Of a DNA stretch of 40,694 nucleotides, positions 24,136 to 36,764 are shown in pieces. Numbering within the stretch: the first letter of the stretch is position 1; each line of letters begins with the position of its first letter. A program made the translations under genes and the position numbers. The DNA lies in NCBI RefSeq assembly GCF_004010195.1, contig NC_057720.1, forward strand, positions 20,459,673-20,500,366, read 5' to 3'. Below the pieces are notes generated by a model. The model had not been told where the DNA came from and did not search any database. It worked only from the letters and a program-made list of their open reading frames with translations. The DNA is from Chiloscyllium plagiosum (Eukaryota).

Positions 24136-25736
24136 TTTACAAAGGAGAAAAGCTCAAATGCATTTCTTCAAACAAGGGATGATAGAACTGTGCTACTCTG
24201 TTCCACAAAAAATGCTGTAGCTGCTCTTTCGATTAATCATTTCAAAGCGGAGATTGATAAATGTTATCTAGGGAACTGTGCTAAAAGGAAAGGTGTCGAT
24301 CAATGTTGGTGGAATAGAAATACAATTCATCATGATCTCATTGAATAGCTTGAGGGGACCATCTTATCAACTTATCAAATTCAAAGTACTCTGCAGTCAA
24401 ACTTTAAGCACACTGAATGACAATGAGAAGATTAGTCCAGGACTGAAGGTCTGAATGCACACAGTATAAGGAACAGGGAAATGAGCTTGTAACGCAGATC
24501 AAAATTGGCATGTGTGACATGGTGGGCACCACAGAGATGTGAGTGCAAGTGGATCAGGATTGGGAGCTGAATATTCAACGATATACGTCCTAACAAAAAG
24601 ATAGACAGCGAGGGTGGGGTTGTTTTAATAGTAAGAAATGAAATTAAATCAATAGTAGGAATCTGTGTGGGTAGAATTGAGGAACCGCAAAGGTGAAAAA
24701 GACATAGCTGGAGTCATGTATGGGCCTCCAAACAGTTGACAGGAACTGGGGCGCAAGATACACCAGGAGATAGGAAAGGTGTGTCGGAAAGGCAAAGTTA
24801 CAGGTATCATGGGGGATTTCAATCTGCAGGTGGACTGGGAAAATCAGGCTGGTAATGGTTTGCAAGAAAAGGAATTTGTGGAATGTCTACAAAATGGCTT
24901 TTTGGAGCAGCTTGTGGTGGAGCCCACTGGGGAATAGGCAAGACTGGATTTAGTGTTATGCAATGAGGTAGACTTAGTAATGGAGCTTAGGGTGTGGGAG
25001 CTCTTAGGAGGTAGTAATCAATTTACACTGCAATTTGAGAGGGGGAAGAGGTATTATAGCTGAATAAAGGCAACTACAGAGACCATTAGCGGGGGGAGCT
25101 TGGTAGAAATGACTGGGAGAGGAGCCTAGCAGGAAAGACAGTGGAAAAGCAATGGATAATCCAAGATGGAGGATGGGAAAAATTTCTGGCTGTAACAGCT
25201 GCTCCTTTTTTTGATGTATTTTAGGTGTTGGAGGTGATTTCCTCGAATTCCAGGAGCAGCAATTACTGTTTAATATGCTGTTGCATGATTTTGGAATTTT
25301 GGAAAAAAAGGTCAAAACAACAGCGGTTTTAAAAGGGAGAAGAACAGACAAAGGAAGTACATGGTGAGGTCAGTGCAGGAGAGAGAGAGAGAAAGAAACT
25401 GACACTGCCTTTGCTGTTTGAATTCATGTATCGCTGGACATCGGAGTGCGTCTCGGAAAATTAACGAACAGTAAAATTCACAACTAATCTTGGAGGAACT
25501 GTAGGGCGAAGTTCACAGCACAGAATCAGATAAGTGAATTGTTGTTTTAATTGTCACCTACAGAAAGTCTGCAGTAGTGAGTGGAGTGGGTTCTTTCTTG
25601 ATGATGTGGTTTTGGAGATATGTCTCTTGATTAAACTTAAAATATAAGCCATAACTATTAATTTAATCTGGGACAGTGTTTGTAGAGGAATAAGACGGTG
25701 ATATTTTCTGGGTCTGTAGATTGTGAAGGAGAAAAA

Positions 25737-26655
25737 ATGGCCTTTAGTAAAGTGATATGTGCTTCTTGTCAGATGTGGGAGTTTAAAGAGAGTTTAAGGT
25801 TTACTGCGGATTATATCTGCCATAAATGCTGTTGGTTGCGAATCTTATCAGATCGAATGGATCAGTTGGAGAGATAGTTAGAAGCAATGAGGAATTTGCA
25901 ACAGCAACAGCATGTGATGGATGGCAGTTATAGGAAGGGGGGAAAGTCTCAGATACAGTCACATAGATGGGTTAACTCCAGGAAGGGTAAGAGAGGTAGG
26001 CAGCTAGTGTAGAGTCTTTTGTGGCTATACCCATTTCAAACAGGTATGCTGTTTTGGAAAATGTTGGGGATGATGGATTCTCAGGGGAGTATAGCACGAA
26101 CAGCCAAGTTTCTGGTATTGAGACTGGCTCTAATGCAACGAGGGATTCCAAGAGATCAATTGTATTAGGGGTTTCTCCAGTCCAAGGTACAAACAGATGT
26201 TTCTGTGGCCAGCAGCGAAAAATCAGAATGTTATCTAGCTAGCCAGGATCAAGGATGTCTCAGAGAGGGTGCAGAATATTCTCACGGGGGAGAGGTGCCA
26301 GCAAGAGGTCATTGTTCACATTGGAATCAACGACATAGGAAGGAAAAAGGTTGAGCTTCTGAAAGGAGATTACAGAGAGTTAGGCAGGAATTTAAAAAGG
26401 AGGTCCTCGAGAGTAGTAATATCTGGATTACTCTTGGTGCTACGAGCTAGTGAGGGCAGGAATAGGAGGATAGAGCAGATGAATACATGGCTGAGGAGCT
26501 GGTGTATGGGAGAAGGATTCACGTTTTTGGATCATTAGAATCTCTTTTGGGGTAGAAGTGACCTGTACAAGAAGGATGGTTTGCACCTAAATTGGAAGGA
26601 GATTAATATACTGGCAGGGAAATTTGCTAGAGCTGCTTGGGAGGATTTAAACTAG
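25737..26655 (+). pseudogene. CR1 ORF1: Cys-rich N-terminus plus SGNH/GDSL-esterase-like domain, disrupted
   Basis: MAFSKVICASCQMWE...DYICHKC, IVHIGINDIG and DLYKKDGLHLN; in-frame stops and frameshifts. Confidence 0.8.
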
Positions 26656-26659
26656 TAAG

Positions 26660-29480
26660 GTGGGGGGGAGGGGGGGGACCCAGGGAATTACTGAGGAAAG
26701 AGATCAATCTGGGGCTAGTGCAGTTGAGAACAGAAGCGAGTCAAACAGTCAGGGCAGGCAGGGACAAGGTAGGACTAATAAATTAAACTGCATTTATTTC
26801 AATGCAAGGGGCCTAACAGGGAAGGCAGGTGAACTCAGGACATGGTTAGGAACATGGGACTGGGATATCATAGCAATTACAGAAACATGGCTCAGGGATG
26901 GGCAGGACTGGCAGCTTAATGTTCCAGGGTACAAATGCTACAGGAAGGATAGAAAGGGAGGTAAGAGAGGAGGGGGAGTGACATTTTTGATAAGGGATAG
27001 CATTACAGCTGTGCTGAGGGAGGATATTCCCGGAAATACATCCAGGGAAGTTATTTGGGTGGAACTGAGAAATAAGAAAGGGATGATCATGTTATTGGGA
27101 TTGTATTAAAGACCTCCTAATAATCAGAGGGAAATTGAGAGACAAACTTGTAAGGAGATCTCAGCTATCTGTAAGAATAAAAGAGTGGTTATGGTGGGGG
27201 ATTTTAACTTTCCAAAAATAAACTGGGACTGTCATAGTGTTAAAGGTTTAGATGGAGAGAAATTTGTTAACTGTGTACAAGAAAATTTTCTGATTCAGTA
27301 TATGGATATACCTACTAGAGAAGGTGCAAAGATTGACCTACTCTTGGGAAATAAGGCAGGGCAGGTGACTGAGGTGTCAGTGGGGGAACACTTTGGGGCC
27401 AGCAACCATAATTCTATTAGTTTTAAAATAATGATGGAAAAGGATAGACCAAATCTAAAAGTTGAACTTCTAAATTGGAGAAAGGCCAATTTTGATGGTA
27501 TTAGGCAAGAACTTTCGAAAGCTGATTGGGGGCAGATGTTCACAGGTTGGAAAATGGGATGCCTTCAGAAATGAGATAATGAGAATCCAGAGAAAAAATA
27601 TTCCTGTCAGGGTGAAAGGGAAGGCTGGTAGGTATAGGGAATGCTGGATGACTAAAGAAATTGAGGGTTTGGTTAAGAAAAAGAAGGAAGCATATGTAAG
27701 GTATAGACAGGATAGATCAAGTGAATCCTTAGAGTATAAATGCAGTAGGACTTTACTTAAGAGGGAAATCAGGAGGGCAAAAAGGGGACATGAAATAGCT
27801 TTGGCAAATAGAATAAAGGAGAATCCAAAAGGTTTTTACAAATACATTAAGGACAAAAAGATAACTAGGGAGAGAATAGGGTCTTTGTGTGGAGCCGCAG
27901 AAAATGGGGGAGATACTAAACGAGTAGTTTGCATCAGTATTTACCGTGGAAATGGATATGGAAGATATAGACTCTAGGGAAATAGATGGTGACACCTTGC
28001 AAAATGTCCATATTACAGAGGAGGAAGTGCTGGATGTCTTGAAACACATAAAGGTGCATAAATCCCCAGGACCTGATCAGGTGTACCCTATAACTCTGTG
28101 GGAAGCTAGAGAAGTGATTGCTGGGCCTCTTGCTGAGAAATTTGTATCATCGATAGTCACAGGTAAGGTGCCGGAAGACTGGAGGTTGGCTCACGTGGTG
28201 CCACTGTTTAAGAAGGATGGTAAGGACAAGCCAGGGAACTATAGACTAGCGAGCCTGACGTCGGTGGTGGGCAAGTTGTTGGAGAGAGTCCTGAGGGACA
28301 GGATGTACATGTATTTGGAAAGGCAAGGACTAATTAGGGATAGTCAACATGGCTTTGTGCGTGGGAAATCATGTCTCACAAACTTGATTGAGTTTTTTTA
28401 AGAAGTAACAAAGAGGATTGATGAGGGCAGAGCAGTAGATGTGATCTATGTATGAAGTTCAGTCAGGTGTTCGACAAGTTTCCCCATGTGAGACTGATTA
28501 GCAAGGTTAGATCTCACAGAATACAAGGAGAACTAACCATTTGGATACAGAACTGGCTCAAAGGTAGAAGACAGAGGGTGGTGGTGGAGAGCTGTTTTTC
28601 AGACTGGAGGCCTGTGACCAGTGTAGTGCCACAAGGATCAGTGCTGGGTCCTCTACTTTTTGTCATTTACATAAATGATTTGGTTAGTAAGTTTGCAGAT
28701 GACACCAAAATTGGAGGTGTAGTGGACAGTGAAGAGGGTTACCTCAGAATACAATACGATCTTGACCAGATGGGCCAATGGGCTGAGAAATGGCAAATGG
28801 AGTTTAATTCAGATAAATGTGAGGTGCTCATTTTGGGAAAGCAAATATTAGCAGGACTTATAAACTTAATGGTAAGGTCCGAAGGAGTGTTGCTGAACAA
28901 AGAGACCTTGCAACCTTGGAGTGAGATTCATAGCTCCTTGAAAGTGGAGTCGCAGGTAGATAGATAGTGAAGAAGGCTTTTGGTATGTTTGCTTTTATTG
29001 GTCAGAGTATTGAGTACAAAAGTTGGGAGGTCATGTTGCAGCTGTACGGGACATCGGTTAGGCCACTTTTGGAATATTGCGTGCAATTCTGGTCTCCTTT
29101 CTATCGGGAGGATGTTGTGAAACTTGAAAGGGTTCAGAATAGATTTACAAGGATGTTGCCAGGGTTGGAGGATTTGACCTATAGGGAGAGGTTGAATAAA
29201 ATGGAGCTGTTTTCCCTGGAGCATTGGAGGCTGAGGGGTGACCGTATAGAGGTTTACAAAATCATGAGGGGCATGGATCGGGTAAATAGGCAAAGTCTTT
29301 TCCCTGGGGTCAGGGAGTCCAGAACTAGAGAGCAGAGGTTTAGGGTGAGAGGGGAAAGATATAAAACAGACCTAAGGGGCAATTCTTTTCACACAGAGGG
29401 TGGTATATGAATGGAATGAACTTCCCGAGGAAGTGGTGGAGGCTGGTACAATTGCAACATCTAAGAACTATTTGGAAGGG
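26660..29480 (+). pseudogene. CR1 ORF2: AP endonuclease plus reverse transcriptase, disrupted
   Basis: FNARGL, IAITETWL, VGDFN, QHGF, VPQGSVLGPLLFVIYINDL and FADDTK spread over six broken ORFs. Confidence 0.92.
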
Positions 29481-30909
29481 TTTGGAGGGATATGGGCCAG
29501 GTGCTGGCAGGTGGGACTAGATTGGGTTGGGATATCTGGTTGGCATGGACGGATTGGACTGAAGGGTCTGTTTCCATGCTGTACATCTCTATGACTCTAT
29601 GACTCTATGGCAGGTGTTTGTGCGAGTTATTCAGGAGATACCACAGAGACTTATCCTGAGGGAAAAGAAGCATGGTATAGGGAGGATGAGGCAACCATGG
29701 CTGACTAGGGAAGTTAGGGATAGCATAAGAGCAAAAATGAAAGCATATAACGTGGCAGAGGGCAATGGGAAACCAGTGGATTGGGAAGCTTACAAAGACC
29801 AACAGATGGCAACGAAAAAACAAGGGGGGAGGTGATTAAATATGAGGGTAAACTAGCCAGTAATATAAAGGAAGACTGTAAGACTTCATTTAGATATATA
29901 AAGGGCAAAAGATAGGCAAAAGTGGACATTGGGCCACTGGAAAATGATGCTGGAGAGATGGTAGTGTGGAATGTGGAAATAGCTGAGGAACTGAATACTT
30001 ACTTCACATCTGACTTCACAGTGGAAGACACGAGTAACATTCTAAACATTTAAGAGAATGTGGAGCACAACTGAGAATGGTGGCCATCATCAAGGAGAAG
30101 ACCCCAGAGTTCTAAAGGAGATAACTGAAGAGATAGTGGAGGCGTTGATGATCTTTCAGGAATTGCTAGATTCAGGATTCCAGAGGACTGCAAAATTGCT
30201 AACATGACAACCCTATTTAAAAAGGGAGTAAGGCACAAGACAGAAAATTACAGACCAATTAGCCTAACCTCAGTCATGGGTAAGATCCTGGAATCCATTA
30301 TGAAGGATGAGATTCCTGAATACTTGGAAGTGTATAGGGCAAAGTCAACATGGTTTCTTCAAGGGGAGGTCATGTCTGACAAATCTGCTAGAAGTCTTTG
30401 GGGAAGCCATGAGCAGGTTAGACCAAGGAGAGCCAATGGATGTTATCTACTTGGACTTCAAGAAAGCCTTTAACAAGGTACCACACAGGAAGCCACTGAG
30501 TAAAGTAGGAAACATGGTATTAGAGGCGAGATGCTGGCATGGATAGAAGCTTGCCTGTCTGGCAGAAAGCAGAGGGTGGGGATAAAAGGGTCCTTCTCAG
30601 GATGGCAGCCGGTGACAAGTGATGTTCCATAAGGGTTGGTATTGGGACCACAACTTTTCACTTCATTCATTAATGACCTAGATGAAGTAACTGAGGGCAT
30701 CCTGCCTAAGTTTGCAGATGATACAAAGATAGGCAGCGGGACAGGTAGCATTGAGGAGGTAAGGAGGCTGCAGAAGGATTTGGATAGATTAGGAGAGTGA
30801 GCAAAGAAGTGGCAGATGGAGTACAATGTGGGACAGTGAGAGGTGATGCACTTTGATAGACTTGTGTAAATAGACTTGGGAGTTCGAGTCCAGGATTCCC
30901 TCAAGGTTG

Positions 30910-30985
30910 GGGTGACATGATGGCTCAGTGGTTAGCACTGCTGCCTCACAGCGCCAGGGACCCGGGTTCGATTCCAGCCTCGGGC
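30910..30985 (+). mobile_element. HE1 SINE head only
   Basis: TGGCTCAGTGGTTAGC...GGTTCGATTCC. Confidence 0.85.
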
Positions 30986-31198
30986 AAAAGCCCTTCATCA
31001 GGAATAAAGGGAGAGAGCCTGAAGGGTGGAGAGATAAGTGAGAGGAGGGTGGGGGTGGGGAGAAAGTAGAAAAGAGTACAATAGGTGAGTGGGGGAGGGG
31101 ATGAAGGTGATAGGTCAGGGAGGAGGGTGGAGTGGATAGGTGGAAAAGAAGATAGGCAGGTAGGACAAGTCATGGGGACAGTGCTGAGCTGGAAGTTT
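30981..31198 (-). mobile_element. Penelope-like 3' fragment
   Basis: cgggcaaaagcccttcatcagg followed by a purine-rich tract, as in 35690-36195. Confidence 0.7.
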
Positions 31199-31539
31199 TC
31201 AGCTCTGCAAATACCTGTACAAACAAGCTGCTATATAAATGTGATGATGTTAAAATAGTAAAGTTTACCCAATTTTGCTGTATTTGTGTAATTGTAAAGC
31301 AGAGGGTATTTTCCTCATCTCAAACTGAAAAACGACAATAATCTCACCTAAGTCTCACCTATCAGTCGATGTGAATCGAGCTCACTTTGAAAGGTTGACG
31401 TTGAATGAAATAGCTTTCTTTCGATTGCTCCCTATATATTTTACAACATCCAATTTCACTGTTCATCATCAACAGGAAACAGAAGTGTGACCATTCTCTT
31501 AATTTAAGTAGCTATCTTAGAGAACATTAATTAAGAAGG

Positions 31540-31732
31540 TCTGGCAGCATCTATGGGGAGAAATCAGATTTAACGTTTCAAGTCCTTTGAACCTTGATCC
31601 AGCTCTGAAGAAGGATCACTGGACCTGAAACATTAACGGATTTCTCTCCACAGATGCTGCCAGGCCGGCTGAGATTTTGCAGTGACTTCTGTTTCGGTTT
31701 CAGATTCCCAGCATCCATAGTTCTTTTGGTTT
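31540..31732. mobile_element. Penelope-derived palindromic mini-element (second family) with TSD
   Basis: ctggcagcatct...gagaaatc and gatttctc...agatgctgccag inverted arms; CTGAAGAAGGATCACTGGACCTGAAAC at 31605; TSD attaattaagaagg (31526-31539) and attgattaagaagg (31733-31746). Confidence 0.7.
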
Positions 31733-32954
31733 ATTGATTAAGAAGGCATGTTTTTTGATACAAGATTTTAGCTTTCCATTCCCAGTTCCTCACCTCTGGG
31801 TGATTTTATTTACTTAAGGAAGTATGTAATCAGACAGTAATACTTTCAGTCTAAAACCTCCCAGACTCCAGTCCTAGTAGTCATTTTAAGTATCAAGCTA
31901 ACATAGTTTGTGTTTGCAGATTGTCTTGATTTCTTGAATGGTTCACATTACAATGTATACAGGGATATGTTTGATTCATTCTTTAGACAGCTAATGCTTG
32001 AGTGAATAAAGTTAACATAGTTTTCATGGTATAAGAATGTCTATATGGCGTCTTTGCAGCAATATCTATTGGAGTGTCAAATACACAATGTCTATAGAAT
32101 CTGCACTGTACACTCAATGCAATTAAACTTCATTAATCAGGGTTTTTTTTTATTTGTATATTTTATTCTCTACTAACATTACAAACATTTGAAAATGACA
32201 CACAGGAAAGGATTGCCTGGTCATCAAGCCTGTCCCATCTTCTTCCTGAACCTGAACGTCAGGGAAAACATGACAGTCATGCGAAGCACATGCACTATCT
32301 CCATGATTAACTCGTTATGTATGCGACTTATTTATTTACATACAGTTAGGGCAATCACTGCAATGTTGAACATTAGTCATTGGTTTAGCAAGATTTAGCT
32401 GAGTGAATACCAAAGGTTTTAAAGTACTCGATTTCATCACTCAGTAGATAAGAATTTACATTTTTAACAGGTTAAGCATCCTTGTCACTTGTCTCTAAAA
32501 TTATTGCTTATTTATTCAGTCGCAATTTTCAATCTGTCCATCTGTCCTCACCATTTAATTAAATCAGTCAATAAATTCTTGCAGGCTACACAGCAAGTTG
32601 AATTTATTGACAGTGTGTAGAGTATTCTGAGCACTTGAGTTGGTGGAGGTGCTTTTGGAAGAAGCTTTGCAATATAATGGAACAGTTTCAGATGACGTTC
32701 ACGGTGAAACGAGGAGCAGAACCACTGACTTCAGTGCTCCGTTTATTCTTCTCCAGGGCTAAAACCAAGTGGTAAAGTGAACATTCTGATAACATTCAGC
32801 TGAATTTTTAGAAACTTTGGCTACGTCAATTTGAAGGAGCTTCATGGAGGGTTTTTCTACATGAGTTCTGGCAGATTTTCTTGCACCTCATTACTGTGTG
32901 CCATGTCTCTATGGTGCTACTCTCACACTATTTTACACTCAAGATATGAGGACT

Positions 32955-33170
32955 GAGTCATAGAGTCATAGAGATGTACAGCACGGAAACAGACCCTTCG
33001 ATCCAACCTGTCCATGCCAACCAGATATCCCAACCCAATCTAGTCCTACCTACCAACACCCGGCCCATATCCCTCTAAACCCTTCCTATTCAAATATCCA
33101 TCTAAATTCCTTTTAAATGTTGCAATTGTACCAGCCTCCACCACTTCCTCTGGCAGCTCATTCCACATGC
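32955..33170 (-). mobile_element. CR1 3' end
   Basis: gagtcatagagtcatagagatgtacagc is the reverse complement of the tail at 29575-29609. Confidence 0.88.
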
Positions 33171-33519
33171 CATTGCCTTTGTGGGAAAGGAAAGAGACTG
33201 CTCATTTCTGTGGGGATGCTGAGGCCTCCATGTCCAGTAACTGAGTAACCATGCTGCACTCTACATTATTACCACTGTGAATCATTCTTAGCATGCTGAA
33301 GCTCCTAGAGAACAATTCTGTCTCTAGTCTCCTTCAGGCATGAGTGGCATCCACGTACAACTCCTTCCATGAAGAGACAAGACCCTCTGGATATTAATTC
33401 CTCCTCTACCTCTGAGGAGGAACTCGTAGATCCCTGAGGATATCATTGACAAGGCTGCCTCCTGCACCCTCCTCCAGCTCAGATATTGACACTTTGGCAG
33501 ACATTTTAGCCAGCGTAGA

Positions 33520-34306
33520 TAGAAATTAGAAAAAGAAATAGGCCATTTGGCCCTTTGAGCCTGGTCCACCATTAAATATGATCATACCGGCAGTGTTAGT
33601 ACAGTCAGATACATTAGGGACATTTAAGCGACTCTTGGATAGTCACATTTGAAGATAGTACAATGAAGGGTTTGTCGGTTAATCTGATCTTAGAGTTGGA
33701 TAAAAGGCCACCACCACATTGAGAGCTGAAGAGCCTGTACTGTTCAGTGTTCTATGTTCTGTGGCTGATCCTCTAAAGTAATGGCATATTCCTACTTCTC
33801 TCCATGCACCTTGATCACTAAAAATCCTGAAAATGTATCTCTTTTGCTTGAATATACCCAGTGACTCGGCTTCCACAGCCTTCTGTGGTCATGAATTCTA
33901 CAAGTTGACCATTCTCTGATTGAAAAAATACTTCCTAATCAGGGGCATTTAAACAAATCTCTCTTTATAATGTAGTCCTGTCATCCCCAGTATTGGTTCA
34001 ATGAACCTTCACAGCACTCCCTCTACAGCAAGTATATCCTTTCTTAGGTAGGGAGACTGAAACTGCACGCATTAATCCAGGCATGATCGCAAGGCCTGGT
34101 ATAACTGTTGTAAAACATCCCTACTTCCGAACTCAAATCTTCTCGCAATGAACATGAACATATTATTTACCATCCTAATTGCTTGCTCTACCTACCTTTT
34201 TACATCCATTGCTTGGTGTTCAAGAACACCCAGATTCCCTTGTACATCCATGTTTCTCAATATATATTTTAAAAATATACTGCCTTTCTGTTTATCCACC
34301 AAAATG
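33520..34306 (-). mobile_element. Old CR1 3' fragment with a nested plus-strand CR1 tail (about 33590-33760)
   Basis: ataggccatttggcccttt...ttccacagccttctgtgg...aaactgcacgca, CR1 ORF2 end in reverse. Confidence 0.65.
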
Positions 34307-34308
34307 GG

Positions 34309-34676
34309 CAGAGGGGCAGGCAATCGGCCAGAACGACCTCTCCATGGCCCACTGCCTTGGACCTGTTTATGACCAGTTTGGCCAGGCCTGGGAGCAGACC
34401 CAAGAGGAGATCCTCTGACCCACCCTTCCCCTTCCCTTTCTACACCGTGTGCCCAAAGATCAGGAGCGTGGAACTGAAGTGCAGCCAAAAGCGGAGGAAA
34501 CTAAACAGTTTAGAGAACTAAACAGGGAATGCAAATGCCCACACCCCATATATACATTGTCCACAGACTCCACAGCACCACAGAACAAGCAGTTGGGCTG
34601 GGAGTCCATGACCCATCACAATCCGCAGTTGCGGGAGACTGTTGCGTGCAGCACCTTCCACCCCAGATTCCCGAGA
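34309..34676 (-). mobile_element. Tx1-clade (L1 superfamily) ORF2 C-terminal fragment with zinc-knuckle remnant
   Basis: Minus strand: LGWKVLHATV...SQPNCLFCGAVESVDNVYMGC...FWLHFSSTLLIFGH...LLLGLLPGLAKLVINRS (zf-RVT-like CxxC...H...C, with H mutated to N). Confidence 0.8.
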
Positions 34677-34908
34677 GATCCTTTGTTAATTTTTTTTTCC
34701 CTTTTTTCCAGCCAGCACAGAGTCAGTCCCCTAAACTGAGGAGACTCTAAACTTCCTGGATTTTTTTTTCCTTCCTTACCCCCACACTACTGCCTAACTG
34801 TAGTAGTCCCCAGCACCTATGTTATGTATGTGCAGGTGTGACACACAGTGAAGAACCACGGGTATACAAATCTTTATTCAATTTCCACGATCCTCTGTTA
34901 ATTTTTTT

Positions 34909-35018
34909 AAATCAAATGCCAGATAATATTGTTTACCCAAGCATCATGACATTGCGATCTTGCCGGATAATCCGATATTCAGATAATCGAATGTTGGATA
35001 ATCAAAGGTTCCTCTGTA
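34909..35018. mobile_element. Tigger/pogo-like DNA transposon terminal fragment
   Basis: Repeated gataatc subterminal motifs, ending ggttcctctg-TA. Confidence 0.5.
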
Positions 35019-35100
35019 TTTATTTGCGCACATTACACTGTCTTGTGACCAGCCAGCAGAGTCAGTCCCCTGACTGAGAAGGTTCTAAATCTTCTGTTAA
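35019..35100 (-). mobile_element. LTR-like target fragment (R-region-like, with AATAAA)
   Basis: Minus strand ...ctcagtcaggggactgactctgctggctggtcacaagacagtgtaatgtgcgcAAATAAA; related copies at 34708-34760, 35213-35284, 36873-36950 and 36949-37010. Confidence 0.5.
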
Positions 35101-35689
35101 TATTTTTCTTAGCACAGCTCAAAATAAAGAAAAACAAACAAACAATAAAGGAGCCCAAAAAAAGAAACAAAGGGGAAAAGACAAAGAAACTCTCCTCCTC
35201 AGTACCAGCAAGAACACACTGACTGTGACCCAGCCAGCACAGAGTCAGTCCCCTAAACTGAGGGGACTCCAAAATCTCCTGGTTGTATTTTGTTTTTTAT
35301 CCCCCCTTACCTGCAGTAGTTCTTATTTTCCCCAGCACCCATGTTGTGCGTGTGCAGGTTTGAGACACCGTGAAAGACAAAACCGTTATTCAATTTCTAC
35401 AATCCTCTATTAATACTTTTTCTTGTTTTTTTAAATTTTATTAAACAGTACAAAATACAGTTACAATAAATAGAAAGCAGCAGTTCACAAAAAAAAACAT
35501 TACATACAGAGTAAAAGGCAGCACATACAGAGTAAAGGGCAGCAAAGCCAAACCCCAAACCCCCACCATTCAACCAGTTGCCAGGGAGATCAGGATAAAC
35601 CTCAAATCCCACTTCCATTCATCACAAAGATGACAGTAACAAACACAGGCAAGACAGCGCAATCAAATGAGAAACAGGCCATAGAGCAC

Positions 35690-36195
35690 AGAGCTGAAAA
35701 CGTGGTGCTGGAAAAACACAGCAGGTCAGGCAGCATCCAAGGAGCAGGAGAATCAACGATTCGGGCATGAGCCCTTCTTCAGGAATGAGGAAAGTGTGCC
35801 AAGCAGGCTAAGATAAAAAGTAGGGAAGAGGGACTTGGGGGAGTGGCGTTGGAAATGCGATAGGTGGAAGGAGGTTAAGGTGAGGGTGATAGGCCGGAGT
35901 GGGGGTGGGGGCGGGGGCGGAAAGGTCAGGAAGAATATTGCAGGTTAGGAAGGTGGTGCTGAGTTCGAGGGTTGGGACTGAGACAAGGTGGGGGGAGGGG
36001 AAATGAGGAAACTGGAGAAATCGGAGTTCATCCCTTGTGGTCAGAGGGTTCCTAGGCGGAAGATGAGGCGTTCTTCCTCCAACCGTCGTGTTGCTATGGT
36101 CTGGCGATAGAGGAGTCCAAGGACCTGCATGTCCTTGGTGGAGTGGGAGGGGGAGTTGAAGTGTTGAGCCACGGGGTGGTTGGGTTGGTTGGTCA
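35690..36195 (-). mobile_element. Penelope-like 3' fragment (probable GIY-YIG end plus terminal repeat)
   Basis: cctaggcggaagatgaggcgttcttcctccaaccg translates on the minus strand to RLEEERLIFRLG; degenerate hammerhead CTGAAGAAGGGCTCATGCCCGAATC at about 35758-35782. Confidence 0.8.
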
Positions 36196-36764
36196 CCCCA
36201 CGTACTGACCAGACTAGCCCAGGCCACTTTCTTACGAGCTGGCTGTTGGTCTTCCAGTCTTCAGCCGCCCTGCATACTGACTGACTTTGTAAAGGTGGTT
36301 AATTCACAGGGGTTTGGTCCACTCCACAATGCAGCAATTGCTTACCACCCAGCACACACGTAGGTGTTCAGACTCTACTGAGCCCTCGTCATCCACAAAA
36401 GGCCAGCTCATCTAGAAAGATGTATTTTCTCACAAGGGCTCAGTCCAAACACTGAACAAGTGAAAACACATTCAAAAGAAAGAAAACCAGAATGCAGCCG
36501 GCTGAGCCTTGCCACTAAAGCAGCATATTCCACTTCTCAAGAGACAGAGAAGAGTTATAACCAGCCAGTGAAACAACAGTTACCCAACGAGGGCTGATTT
36601 ACACCTGTAACACATTGACTGTGTAGATCAGGCAGTTTAGAAATCAGTCCTCAATAAAAAAGGGATACCAATTACCAAAATTGCCTTTGTAAACCAGCCA
36701 GTTTAGAAATCAGGTTTCTCCCCCCCCCCCCCCAAGAAAAAAGCAGGAACCAACTGTAGCAGCA

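Larger units (their letters stand above)
25156..29609 (+). mobile_element. Full-length, inactivated CR1 LINE (HER1-like, probable partner of HE1)
   Basis: 5' end ataatccAAGATGGagg, 5' UTR, ORF1, ORF2 and a (ctctatga)n tail; 3' end similar to the HE1 tail. Confidence 0.92.
24435..30909 (+). mobile_element. Older CR1 (EN and RT), split at about 25155/29610 by a younger CR1
   Basis: Endonuclease motif MGDFN at about 24809; sequence resumes across the insert (gcaatgg|caggtg); NYRPISLTSVMGKILE, DFKKAFNKVPH and FADDTK lie downstream. Confidence 0.85.

Noticed and set aside
25737..29480. Active CR1 coding sequences
   Set aside because: Multiple stops and frameshifts in both ORFs.
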